Of a DNA stretch of 48,360 bases, positions 1 through 8,049 are shown in pieces (position 1 is the first letter of the stretch; each line of letters begins with the position of its first letter). The notes beneath the pieces are model-generated. The model saw only the letters and a list, made by a program, of their open reading frames with translations, was not told where the DNA came from and did no database searches. Made by a program: the position numbers and the translations under genes. Source of the stretch: a candidate division TA06 bacterium SM23_40 (GTDB taxonomy: Bacteria > LJUI01 > SM1-40); NCBI GenBank assembly GCA_001303705.1, contig LJUI01000026.1, forward strand, positions 1 to 48,360. Direction: 5' to 3'.

Positions 1-1064
1 CTCAGGTGTGAGTAGATCGTGGCATAGTGCCGCTCGAAGTCCTGTGCCGATACTCCGCTGAAAATCGCGGTCCTGGCGGCAGCCTTGGCTGTGCGGTAGG
101 CGGCCCCGATTCCGTCTTTGTATAAGCGCGATACCCCACAGTCCCCTACGGCGACGACTCGGTCTGCATAGGGACGAATGGCCTCTCCTACATTGATCTT
201 GGGGGAGCATCGGCACGCGTCATCAGGTATTCTCCACGTGGGAGGGAAGCAGCCTCGTACAGCAGGATCCTTGAAGAACGAGCGGACGCATGCTCTGTCG
301 ATGCTCCTCCCCAGGAGGCAGACAGTGACAAAGTCGCCCTTGGGGATGAAAGCAGCAAACTCGATCGACGGATTACTGAGAAGAAACAGGTGCATCGAAC
401 TTCCGAACCACTCTTGAATCGTCTTCCTGCCGAGCATGATCTCAGTGATGAATGTCTGCATTGTCTGCGGACGGCGGTACCCGAAGCCGAGGTTCTCGAG
501 GAGGCGGAGCCCGCTCGTATTGACACCGCAGGCTACAACGACAAGATCGTACGGCCTCGGTTCCTTCCCCCGACACTCGATCTCGGGGCGCTTGTCCCGC
601 CACACAATGTCACAGACCCTGGCTGGCAACACTCGGGCGCCCTCCCCCCGCGCCAGGTTGAGGAGGAGTGCGTCGAAGCTCTTCCACAGTGTTTTCGAAA
701 CGCCCTTGGGGCCGGCCCCGCGGTGGAGCGTCGCGATCCTCTTCTCGTTGTGCGGGGTCTCGATGTGTACATTCCCCTGATTGGTGTGGAGGATATATGA
801 GTCGATCGCTCTCTGAACAACATCATCCGGAAGATGGATTCCTTCCACGGCCAGGGCCTGGACAAGGGACTCGGAAACGATTCCCCCGCACATGTTGCAC
901 CCCTCCGGCCCGGGCACAGAGAAATCCCGTGGTTCATAGATATCGATTCTTACATCGATGGCCGCGCGTTTCGCCATGGTGAGGGCGAACAGGCTGAAGA
1001 ACGAACCCGCAGGCCCTCCGCCAATGACGGCGCAGCGGGAGCCATTTTCGAGTGCGATTGACGT
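1..1064 (-). CDS. NAD(P)/FAD-dependent oxidoreductase (geranylgeranyl-reductase-like), 3' end beyond window edge; start codon non-canonical or uncertain
   Basis: Not in the ORF track. Manual translation of the minus frame is open from 1064 to base 1: (T)SIALENGSRCAVIGGGPAGSFFSLF...GCNMCGGIVSESL...YDLVVVACG...RVVAVGDCGVSRLYKDGIGAAYRTA. Contains a Rossmann GxGxxG and a downstream GD motif. SD GGAGG at 1076-1072. Confidence 0.85.
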
Positions 1065-1526
1065 GGTTCATCCTCCCTTGGATCGAGTTTACCGATTGAC
1101 CAGCGGGCGGTCACAGGCTGGAGGTGCGCGGGGCCGCAAATTCGGCGCCGTGGTGGCCTGAGCGAACTCCGTCAGCCAGCAGCGACAGGCGGATAACGTT
1201 TCTCCGCTTCTGGCATTACAGTCTATCATGCCATGTCTCGAAAGTCCACCGAAAATCTCCGTTTCGGGCACCGTCCTCGGGGAGGGTGACGACGGCCGAC
1301 CACCGGGGCGGGCTCCTTCGGAGCGGTTTTTGCGGGAGAAGGCGAAAAACCTCTCGACAATCATGTCTGGATGTGGTATTTTTCGCGCCGATGGTCGAGT
1401 CCCTCGGCACACCACGTCGAGCAGTTGGATCTCGGCCGGGCGGTGTGCGTGGTGATCGGAGTACGTGTGATGCGTCAGGATAAGAGTGGGTCTACCTTGA
1501 GAATAACCTAGTGATTAGAATGGTGT

Positions 1527-1603
1527 GCGCCGCTAGCTCAACTAGGCAGAGCAACGGACTCTTAATCCGTGGGTTGAAGGTTCGATTCCTTCGCGGCGTA
1601 CCA
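1527..1603 (+). tRNA. tRNA-Lys (anticodon CTT)
   Basis: Cloverleaf: acceptor GCGCCGC/GCGGCGT (G1-U72), D arm GCTC..GAGC, anticodon arm ACGGA-CTCTTAA-TCCGT, T arm GAAGG-TTCGATT-CCTTC, encoded ACCA 3' end. Confidence 0.97.
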
Positions 1604-1757
1604 TCTCTTTTCGCCCTCTCGGACGCGCTGCGATGAGAGGCGGACCTCGGCGCAGTGGGATCGATTGGGCGTTTCTTCTCTGTTCGAGAGGGGCGGTCCC
1701 CTGAAGGGATCGAGGACCAGGGGTGAGGATCTTAACACATAGAGGAGGAGTCGAACT

Positions 1758-2333
1758 GTGGTGCCGCAGCGTGCATTCTTGACTAAGGGCGTGGGCAGGC
1801 ACCGGGAAAAGCTCACGAGCTTCGAGATGGCGCTCCGGAACGCCGCCATCGCCGACTACAACATAGTTCGTGTCTCGAGCATTTTTCCCCCCGGATGCCG
1901 ATTGATCACGCGCGCCGAGGGCCTGGGTCGCCTGACGCCGGGGCAGATCGTCTACGTCGTGCTGAGCGAGAACGCGACAAACGAGCCTCACCGATTGATC
2001 GCGGCATCGATCGGTGTTGCCATACCCAAGGATCCTGCCAACTTCGGCTACCTGTCCGAGCACCATAGCTTCGGCGAGAAGGGGGTGAAGGCAGGGGACT
2101 ACGCTGAAGATCTGGCCGCCAGCATGCTCGCGACTATCCTGGGCGTCGAGTTCGATCCTGACTGGAGCTACGACGCGCGGAAGGAGATATGGAAGATCAG
2201 CGACCAGATCGTGCGCACAACGAACACTACACAGACGGCCATCGGGGATAAGAGCGGACTGTGGACGACGGTGGTGGCCGCTGCCGTCTTTGCTCCGGAA
2301 GATACCGATACTCACGACGAGGGGAACACGTGA
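1758..2333 (+). CDS. pdaD: Pyruvoyl-dependent arginine decarboxylase
   Basis: FLTKGVGRH..LTSFEMALRNAAIADYNIVRVSSIFPP carries the Ser-Ser self-cleavage site; GYLSEHH; WTTVVAAAVF. SD AGAGGAGG precedes the GTG. Confidence 0.93.
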   Translation: MVPQRAFLTKGVGRHREKLTSFEMALRNAAIADYNIVRVSSIFPPGCRLITRAEGLGRLTPGQIVYVVLSENATNEPHRLIAASIGVAIPKDPANFGYLSEHHSFGEKGVKAGDYAEDLAASMLATILGVEFDPDWSYDARKEIWKISDQIVRTTNTTQTAIGDKSGLWTTVVAAAVFAPEDTDTHDEGNT

Positions 2334-3373
2334 CAAGACGATTTCTCGACCGACCCGTTGTGCCGCTCGAGGTCGACCCAGACGCAAACGTGGCATCGCT
2401 CCTGCAGCGAATGGGCAGGATCTCGTTTCAGGGGCGGAATCTCTCGAAAGCATTCGCGGTCTGGAAGGAGATGCTCCAGCATCGCAATGTCATCTTCTTG
2501 GGGCTCGCGGGAGCGATGATCCCTGCCGGCATGCGAAAGCTGATGGTCTTCCTCATTGAGCATCGCTTCATCGACTGCCTCGTTGTCACCGGGGCCAATC
2601 TCTTTCACGATATCCATGAGTCCCTTGGGCGGCGCCACTATATAGGCCATCCCGGGCTGCCCGACGAGGAACTGAGAGAGGCGGCAGTCGACAGGATCTA
2701 TGATACGCTCGCCAGCGAAGACGAATTCCGGGCCACTGACTATCAGCTCGCTACGTGGGCCACTCAGCTCGATCTGAGTAGGGCCTGGACGACGAGAGAG
2801 TATCTCTATGAGGTTGGCAGGGTGTTGAGCGAGGGCGGGCACGACCGGTGCATGGTGAGCGAGGCGTATCGTGCAGGTATACCGATCTACTGCCCCGCGA
2901 TCGGGGACTCCTCTATCGGCCTGGCGCTCCTGCGGAGTGAAGCAGGAAAGAGAGTTCCGATCATCTTCGATGTTGTATCGGACGTGGCAGAGACGGGCCG
3001 GATCGTCGAGGGCTCACCGTCTTCCGGAGTGATCTACGTCGGGGGAGGTACCCCGAAGAACTTCATCCAGCAGACCGAGGTGTTGCTTCCGCGTGACCAG
3101 CGGACTAAGGAGGGGCACCGCTATGCCATCCAGATTACGGCCGATGCCCCGTTCTGGGGGGGGCTGAGTGGATGCACCTTCGACGAGGCCAAATCCTGGG
3201 GCAAGATCTCGTCTGATGCGGCGATGGTGACGGTCCGCGCCGACGCCACCGTCGCGTTGCCCATCCTGGTGACCGCGCTCTCGCAGGAGGCCATGGACCT
3301 GGCCCGCGCCCGTCCCAAACCCGGGTTCGAGATGGGAAGGGAGCTCTCAGTCCACTGGGACGAGGGTCAGTGA
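2330..3373 (+). CDS. Deoxyhypusine synthase-like protein (SpeY / homospermidine-biosynthesis family)
   Basis: GTG overlaps the pdaD stop (GTGA). Motifs SFQGRNL, TGANLFHD, PAIGDSSIG, GGGTPKNFIQQ, GGLSGCTFDEAKSWGK with the catalytic Lys retained. Confidence 0.92.
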   Translation: MTRRFLDRPVVPLEVDPDANVASLLQRMGRISFQGRNLSKAFAVWKEMLQHRNVIFLGLAGAMIPAGMRKLMVFLIEHRFIDCLVVTGANLFHDIHESLGRRHYIGHPGLPDEELREAAVDRIYDTLASEDEFRATDYQLATWATQLDLSRAWTTREYLYEVGRVLSEGGHDRCMVSEAYRAGIPIYCPAIGDSSIGLALLRSEAGKRVPIIFDVVSDVAETGRIVEGSPSSGVIYVGGGTPKNFIQQTEVLLPRDQRTKEGHRYAIQITADAPFWGGLSGCTFDEAKSWGKISSDAAMVTVRADATVALPILVTALSQEAMDLARARPKPGFEMGRELSVHWDEGQ

Positions 3374-3440
3374 AATACGTATAATGAATTGATATTCTGT
3401 TAGTTATCCTGGTAACTTAAAGTGCTGTATGAGATAATGA
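3372..3440 (+). promoter_or_regulatory. AT-rich putative promoter/operator region upstream of the GGDEF gene
   Basis: Sharp AT-rich patch with TATAAT and TGaGATAAT -10-like boxes and an inverted repeat AGTTA-N6-TAACT (3402-3417). Confidence 0.4.
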
Positions 3441-3513
3441 TTCTGCCGTGCGCCAGCCCTTCAAGCCCGGCAGAAGACACTCAATCAGAGTATGAGCCAC
3501 GGAGGGTCAGCAT

Positions 3514-4572
3514 ATGGAGGCATCGTCGAGGCGGGAGCGTCTGGCGGACATGATAGGCGAGCTGCCGGTACTGTACCGCCTGAACAAAGATCTTCTCTCG
3601 ACCCTCGATCCGAGGCAGATCGCCCAGAGGGCCTTCAGCCACCTGAAGGAGGTCATCGACTACGACAGCGTGGCGCTGTTGACGCTCGGCGACGAGTCGA
3701 GGGCAGAGCTGTTGATCGATGCAGCGCGGCCTCTGGAAGAGAAGTACAGTGCCGCGGTGAAGAATCGCCTCATCCGGGGGCTCGCTGCTGCCGCGGGAAA
3801 GGAGCTCGACGTCGAGAACCTCGTCGTCCTCGCCTTTCAGCGCGGGAGTGATGTGGAAGAGGAGGAGGAGACGCCGGCGAGTGAGCTTAACTCGTACCTC
3901 ACGGTGCCGATAGTGGCGCGAGGTCAGCTGTACGGAATGCTGAGCAGCGGGGCGGCCCGAGAGCGAGCGTTCACTGAGGACAATCTGCGTATACTCTCGA
4001 TCTTTGCCAATGAGATCGCCTCGGCAATGGAGAATGTCAATCTCCAGAAGACGAAGCTTCTCGCCATACTCGACACGGTGACAGACGTATACAACAGTCG
4101 CTTCTTTCGGCAGTGTCTCCGAATGGATTTCGCGCGAGCGCAGCGATACCACTCTACGCTGTCGCTCATCGTTATCGATATCGACCATTTCCGCCACATC
4201 AACGATGCCCATGGACATCGTCAGGGGGACGTCATCCTGTACGAGCTGGCATCGATCCTCGGGAGGACCGCGCGCGAGGTCGATGTCGTCGCTCGTCTGC
4301 GTGGAGGAGAATTCGCCCTCCTGTTGCCGCAGACAGACTATGCCGGGGCCGTGGCGCTCGCGGAGCGCCTGAGACTCCGCGTGCGGGAGCACAAATTCTC
4401 CGGCCTTCCGGAGTCCTCTATGATGACTGTCAGCGCCGGCGTTGCCAGCTTCCCTGCTCTGTCCGGGATCTCCCACGAAGCGATGCTCGAGCAGGCGCGC
4501 CGGGCGCTCAGACAGGCAAAGGAGGCCGGAAGAGATCGGGTGGTGGGGGCGATTCAGCGTCAGCCCGGCTAG
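3514..4572 (+). CDS. GAF + GGDEF-domain protein with degenerate active site (RGGEF)
   Basis: GAF-like SYLTVPIVARGQLYGML..AFTEDNLRIL; GGDEF-domain motifs DIDHFRHINDAHGHRQGD and TVSAGVA; A-site reads ARLRGGEF. Confidence 0.88.
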   Translation: MEASSRRERLADMIGELPVLYRLNKDLLSTLDPRQIAQRAFSHLKEVIDYDSVALLTLGDESRAELLIDAARPLEEKYSAAVKNRLIRGLAAAAGKELDVENLVVLAFQRGSDVEEEEETPASELNSYLTVPIVARGQLYGMLSSGAARERAFTEDNLRILSIFANEIASAMENVNLQKTKLLAILDTVTDVYNSRFFRQCLRMDFARAQRYHSTLSLIVIDIDHFRHINDAHGHRQGDVILYELASILGRTAREVDVVARLRGGEFALLLPQTDYAGAVALAERLRLRVREHKFSGLPESSMMTVSAGVASFPALSGISHEAMLEQARRALRQAKEAGRDRVVGAIQRQPG

Positions 4573-4623
4573 CGTGGTCGACGGGAATGGGGAACGTATG
4601 TTGCGCATAGGAAGGGCAGACCG

Positions 4624-4989
4624 ATGATGGAGCAGCTTGAACGTCTGTTGGATGTGGATCGGAGTCCGGCAGCGCGCCTCGAGTACTACCAGGGGATACT
4701 CGGTAGACTGAAGAGGCGAATGGTTGCGACGATGGGGACCGGTATCGCGGATCTGCTCGCCACCCAGGCAGTCAGCCGGGTCGCGATGGACCATCCGATA
4801 GCGACAGATCTAGGCATCGAGGATGGTGGCGTCACATTCGACGCGTTCAGCGATCTCGACGAGGCCAGGGCAGAGCCCCTTGCCGCGGCCTGTAAGGATC
4901 TTGTCATCGCGTTCTTCGATATCCTCTCCGAGCTCACCGGTCAGGTCCTCACCCAGGGTTGGCTGCGTGAGATCGAGGACGGAGAGTAG
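4624..4989 (+). CDS. Hypothetical protein (121 aa, acidic, helical)
   Basis: Fills the gap between co-oriented genes, has coding-like composition and a GGAAGG SD-like element; no family recognised. Confidence 0.7.
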   Translation: MMEQLERLLDVDRSPAARLEYYQGILGRLKRRMVATMGTGIADLLATQAVSRVAMDHPIATDLGIEDGGVTFDAFSDLDEARAEPLAAACKDLVIAFFDILSELTGQVLTQGWLREIEDGE

Positions 4990-5010
4990 CCGGACTCAGG
5001 GCGAGTCGCT

Positions 5011-6075
5011 ATGCACACCATCCTGCTGATAGCTGTCCTTCTCCTCATGTTCGTCGGGCTCGTTGGCAGCCTGCTCCCGGTATTGCCCGGCGCCCCGCTC
5101 ATCTTCCTCGGTGCGTTCGTGTACGCCATCTTCACTCACTTCGAAAAGGTCACGTGGGGGAAGCTTCTCGGCCTCGGCGGGCTGACTGCGCTTGCCCTGG
5201 TGATCGACTACATCGCCACCGCCGTTGGAGTAAAGCGGCTCGGGGCCTCATGGTCCGGTGTGGCGGGGGCGCTCCTCGGCGCTGTGGTCGGGGGCGTTCT
5301 CATGGCCCCGGTGGGCGTGTTCCTCGCGCCGATCTGTGTGGCGATGGTCGTCATTTTCCTGTACGCAGTCTATGGGTGTGGTGAGGTGCGGCAGACGGTG
5401 AAGATGCGGTCTGCGGAGGAGGAGGAATTTCTCCGCCAGCTCGCAGTATTGAGTTCTATGCCCGAGGACTCTTCCGTATCCCGACTTCTGCTCGGGAAGG
5501 TCGAAAGAGTGTACGGGGAGCGTCGGGGATCAGGAGAGGTGCCTGCCGGGACGGGTCCATCCGCGGCCGCGGCGCCGGGAACGGACGCCGGGGCGGAGAG
5601 CGACAGGCAGGTGTCCGCGCCTCTGGAGGACGTTGTTGTCAGACTTGGAGATCTCATGGCCATAGGGCCGTTCAGGCCATTCCTCGGTCAGATGGTAGTC
5701 ATTCTCGGCTCGCCCCGGACCCGGGAGGCCGGGCCGGACGAGGAGGGGAGACCGGTATTCCTGGCTGAGGAGATCGTTCTCGCCGAGGAGATGTTTGCCA
5801 TTGACTTCGTCGAGGAGACACTGGCGTTGACGATCAGCAACCACTTCTCCCGGCCGCTCCGCGAGCTTCGCGTTCTTTACCCCGGCGGCGGACATCTCGT
5901 TCCGGAGGGCCCGCCTGCACGACACCTCTCGGTTCTGTTACCGGGTGCCAAGGCGCTCGCGTCCTGGCGCCTCCGGGCCGTCGGTGAAGTGAAACGGATG
6001 CCGTCCCTCCGCTTTCTCACCCTGGAACCCCCTGCAAATCTCCATCTGGCCCTTCATCACCTGCACGGGAAGTAG
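5011..6075 (+). CDS. DUF456-family membrane domain fused in frame to an unknown soluble region
   Basis: N-terminus GLVGSLLPVLPGAPLIFLG..DYIATAVGVKRLGASWSG is typical DUF456; C-terminal ~230 aa not recognised. Confidence 0.7.
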   Translation: MHTILLIAVLLLMFVGLVGSLLPVLPGAPLIFLGAFVYAIFTHFEKVTWGKLLGLGGLTALALVIDYIATAVGVKRLGASWSGVAGALLGAVVGGVLMAPVGVFLAPICVAMVVIFLYAVYGCGEVRQTVKMRSAEEEEFLRQLAVLSSMPEDSSVSRLLLGKVERVYGERRGSGEVPAGTGPSAAAAPGTDAGAESDRQVSAPLEDVVVRLGDLMAIGPFRPFLGQMVVILGSPRTREAGPDEEGRPVFLAEEIVLAEEMFAIDFVEETLALTISNHFSRPLRELRVLYPGGGHLVPEGPPARHLSVLLPGAKALASWRLRAVGEVKRMPSLRFLTLEPPANLHLALHHLHGK

Positions 6076-6117
6076 ATCGAGAACCCGGGTACTTCCCCGA
6101 ACCAGGGCCATTCGCTG

Positions 6118-6146
6118 TTGACTTGTTTCCGCCCGTGTGCTACAAT
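6118..6146 (+). promoter_or_regulatory. sigma70-type promoter of ssrA
   Basis: TTGACT-17 bp-TACAAT with extended -10 TG, 50 nt upstream of tmRNA. Confidence 0.8.
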
Positions 6147-6196
6147 ATCAGTGTAGTTGGCTGTGCACGGGAACAGGGTCGACACCGTATGTGCGT

Positions 6197-6550
6197 GGGG
6201 GCGATCGGTTGCGACGGGGACGGAAGAGATCGAGGCTGCATGCCGAGGTCCCGTCACCTCGCTAAACAGTCGGGAACTCAATAGTTGCCAACAGCAACTA
6301 CGCACTAGCCGCCTAAGAGTGGCTACGTCCGCGGCAGCCTTTGTCTGCGAGACCGCCGATGGGCGCCGCGAAAGCAGACTGGCCCTTTGTTCGGGCCCTG
6401 GGGACGGAGGGTGAGAAAGAACAGGGCTGGCCCCGCTGTGCATCCTGTGGCCGGAGGCCAGCGGGGTGAGATCAAGTAGGCCTACTAAGCATGTAGGGGC
6501 CTCCTTCGAACCGTTTCCGGACGCGGGTTCGATTCCCGCCGCCTCCACCA
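6197..6550 (+). ncRNA. ssrA: tmRNA; tag ANSNYALAA* at 6287-6316
   Basis: 5' GGGGGCG pairs with 3' CGCCTCC-ACCA including the G3-U alanine identity pair; T arm GCGGGTTCGATTCCCGC; resume codon GCC then AAC AGC AAC TAC GCA CTA GCC GCC TAA. Confidence 0.97.
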
Positions 6551-6557
6551 ACTGTTT

Positions 6558-6585
6558 GGCGTGAGCTGAAGCTCACGCCTTTGTT
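6558..6585 (+). terminator. Intrinsic terminator after ssrA
   Basis: GGCGTGAGC-TGAA-GCTCACGCC perfect 9-bp stem followed by TTTGTT. Confidence 0.8.
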
Positions 6586-6754
6586 ACCTTGTGCGACCTG
6601 CCTGCGGGATCGATTACTGTGTTTGCCCCCACAACTGGTCCTCATCTCACAGAATCACGCTCTCGTCTCATCCAACTCGCACGGTGGGTGGAATCGTCCG
6701 AGACGTGTTTTTGCGCGTTCCTAGCTCTGGCTATACTGGTCAAGAAGATTGACA

Positions 6755-6933
6755 GAGAGACCTCCGCTGGCTACAGTCGCTTTCGGCCCAACGCAATGAT
6801 TGCCCCGAGGCTTCCCTACACCTCCCGTCACCCTTCGGGGTGAGCGAGGGAAGTTGAGCTGTCCCCGGGCAGCTTCCTCGGGGCATACCATGTGAAAGCG
6901 GCTTCGTCTATGCTAGGAGAAGGGGTCTATCTC
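6755..6933 (+). ncRNA. Candidate structured ncRNA (~180 nt, rod-like with central bubble and branched tip); family not recognised
   Basis: Nested helices: 6755-6764/6922-6933; 6767-6771/6912-6916; AGTCGCTTTC (6775-84)/GAAAGCGGCT (6894-6903); TGCCCCGAGG (6801-10)/CCTCGGGGCA (6876-85); inner CTTCCCT/AGGGAAG with TCACCC-TTCG-GGGTGA, and AGCTGTC-CCCG-GGCAGCT. G-U pairs and the cUUCGg loop favour the + strand; TATACT at 6732-37. Confidence 0.55.
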
Positions 6934-7060
6934 GGTGGCGAGCTCACAGATCCAGCAGTGACATGCGATACGTTCGTGGGCGGCCGGGTTCGTCATTGTG
7001 TGCTATCGTCTCGGGAGAGATCTCTCCGCGACATCCTTCTCCCGTAAGACGGAAAGGGGA

Positions 7061-7089
7061 TTGACAAACGAGAAGACTTCATATATAGC
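7061..7089 (+). promoter_or_regulatory. sigma70-type promoter upstream of rubrerythrin
   Basis: TTGACA-17 bp-TATAGC. Confidence 0.6.
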
Positions 7090-7196
7090 AACAGTCACCC
7101 GATACGTTATCTCATCCGCGTCCGGTTTCGTACGGCAGCGCACGGACCTGACACCGCGTGCATCTCATAGCTACGGAAGCGAAACGGAGGGAAAGC

Positions 7197-7727
7197 ATGG
7201 CGAACCTGAAGGGGACGAAGACAGAGAAGAACCTGTCGGCGGCATTCGCGGGCGAGTCTAAGGCCAGAAATAAGTACACCTATTTCGCCGAGGTCGCACG
7301 CCGAGAGGGGCACCAGTACATTGCCCAGATCTTCGAAGAGACGGCAATGAACGAAATGCAGCATGCAAAGGATGAGTTCAGACTGCTGGGCGGCATAGGG
7401 GACACGGCGGCGAATCTGAAAGAAGCGATGGGAGGAGAAGATTACGAGACCGTCTCCATGTATCCTGAGTTCGCCAGGCAGGCGGAGGAAGAGGGATTCA
7501 AGGACGCCGCGATCCTGTTCAGGCAGATAGCCAGGGCCGAATCATCGCACAGAGACAGGTACAGGAAGTTGCTGGAGATGCTCGAGGGCGGGACTCTGTA
7601 CAAGAGGGAGAACCCGATACAATGGAAGTGCAGTGTGTGCGGCTACATTGTGGAAGGTACAGAGCCGCCTCGTAAGTGTCCCTGTTGTCAGTATCCGAGA
7701 GAATACTACGGGCCGGTCTGTCTGTAG
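7197..7727 (+). CDS. rbr: Rubrerythrin
   Basis: MANLKGTKTEKNLSAAFAGES; di-iron motifs EMQH and ESSH; C-terminal rubredoxin-like WKCSVCGY..CPCC; SD GGAGG. Confidence 0.95.
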   Translation: MANLKGTKTEKNLSAAFAGESKARNKYTYFAEVARREGHQYIAQIFEETAMNEMQHAKDEFRLLGGIGDTAANLKEAMGGEDYETVSMYPEFARQAEEEGFKDAAILFRQIARAESSHRDRYRKLLEMLEGGTLYKRENPIQWKCSVCGYIVEGTEPPRKCPCCQYPREYYGPVCL

Positions 7728-8049
7728 CGGAACGAATCTGAGCGTGAGCCTCAGTTCCCCGCCGAGCGGATCGGGACCGTGACAATAGATGAGCGCCTCT
7801 CGAGTCGGGGGCGATCCGTCCCCTGACTGTCGGCCGCGCGTGAGATAGCAATGAGAGAGACGCACGACATGGTACTCTATATGGGCTACTCGCACCGGTC
7901 AAATCCTTTTGCGGCTTTGCGCGATGAAGTAGCCGTCGCACGGCCAGGCCCGAGAGTGTTGGGTGGCATCAGCGTTGAGGTAGCCAGAGAGCGGCAGCCG
8001 GGCGAGCATCTGCACCCCCACCTTCGGGATCATGGCGATTCGCTCGGGA

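Noticed and set aside
1089-1483. Short ORFs between the oxidoreductase and tRNA-Lys
   Set aside because: No motifs or SD and Arg/Pro/Ser-rich non-coding composition; likely a divergent promoter region.
6057-6551. ORFs overlapping tmRNA (6057-6551 -, 6157-6414 +) and tRNA (1542-2453 -)
   Set aside because: Spurious translations of RNA genes or antisense strands.
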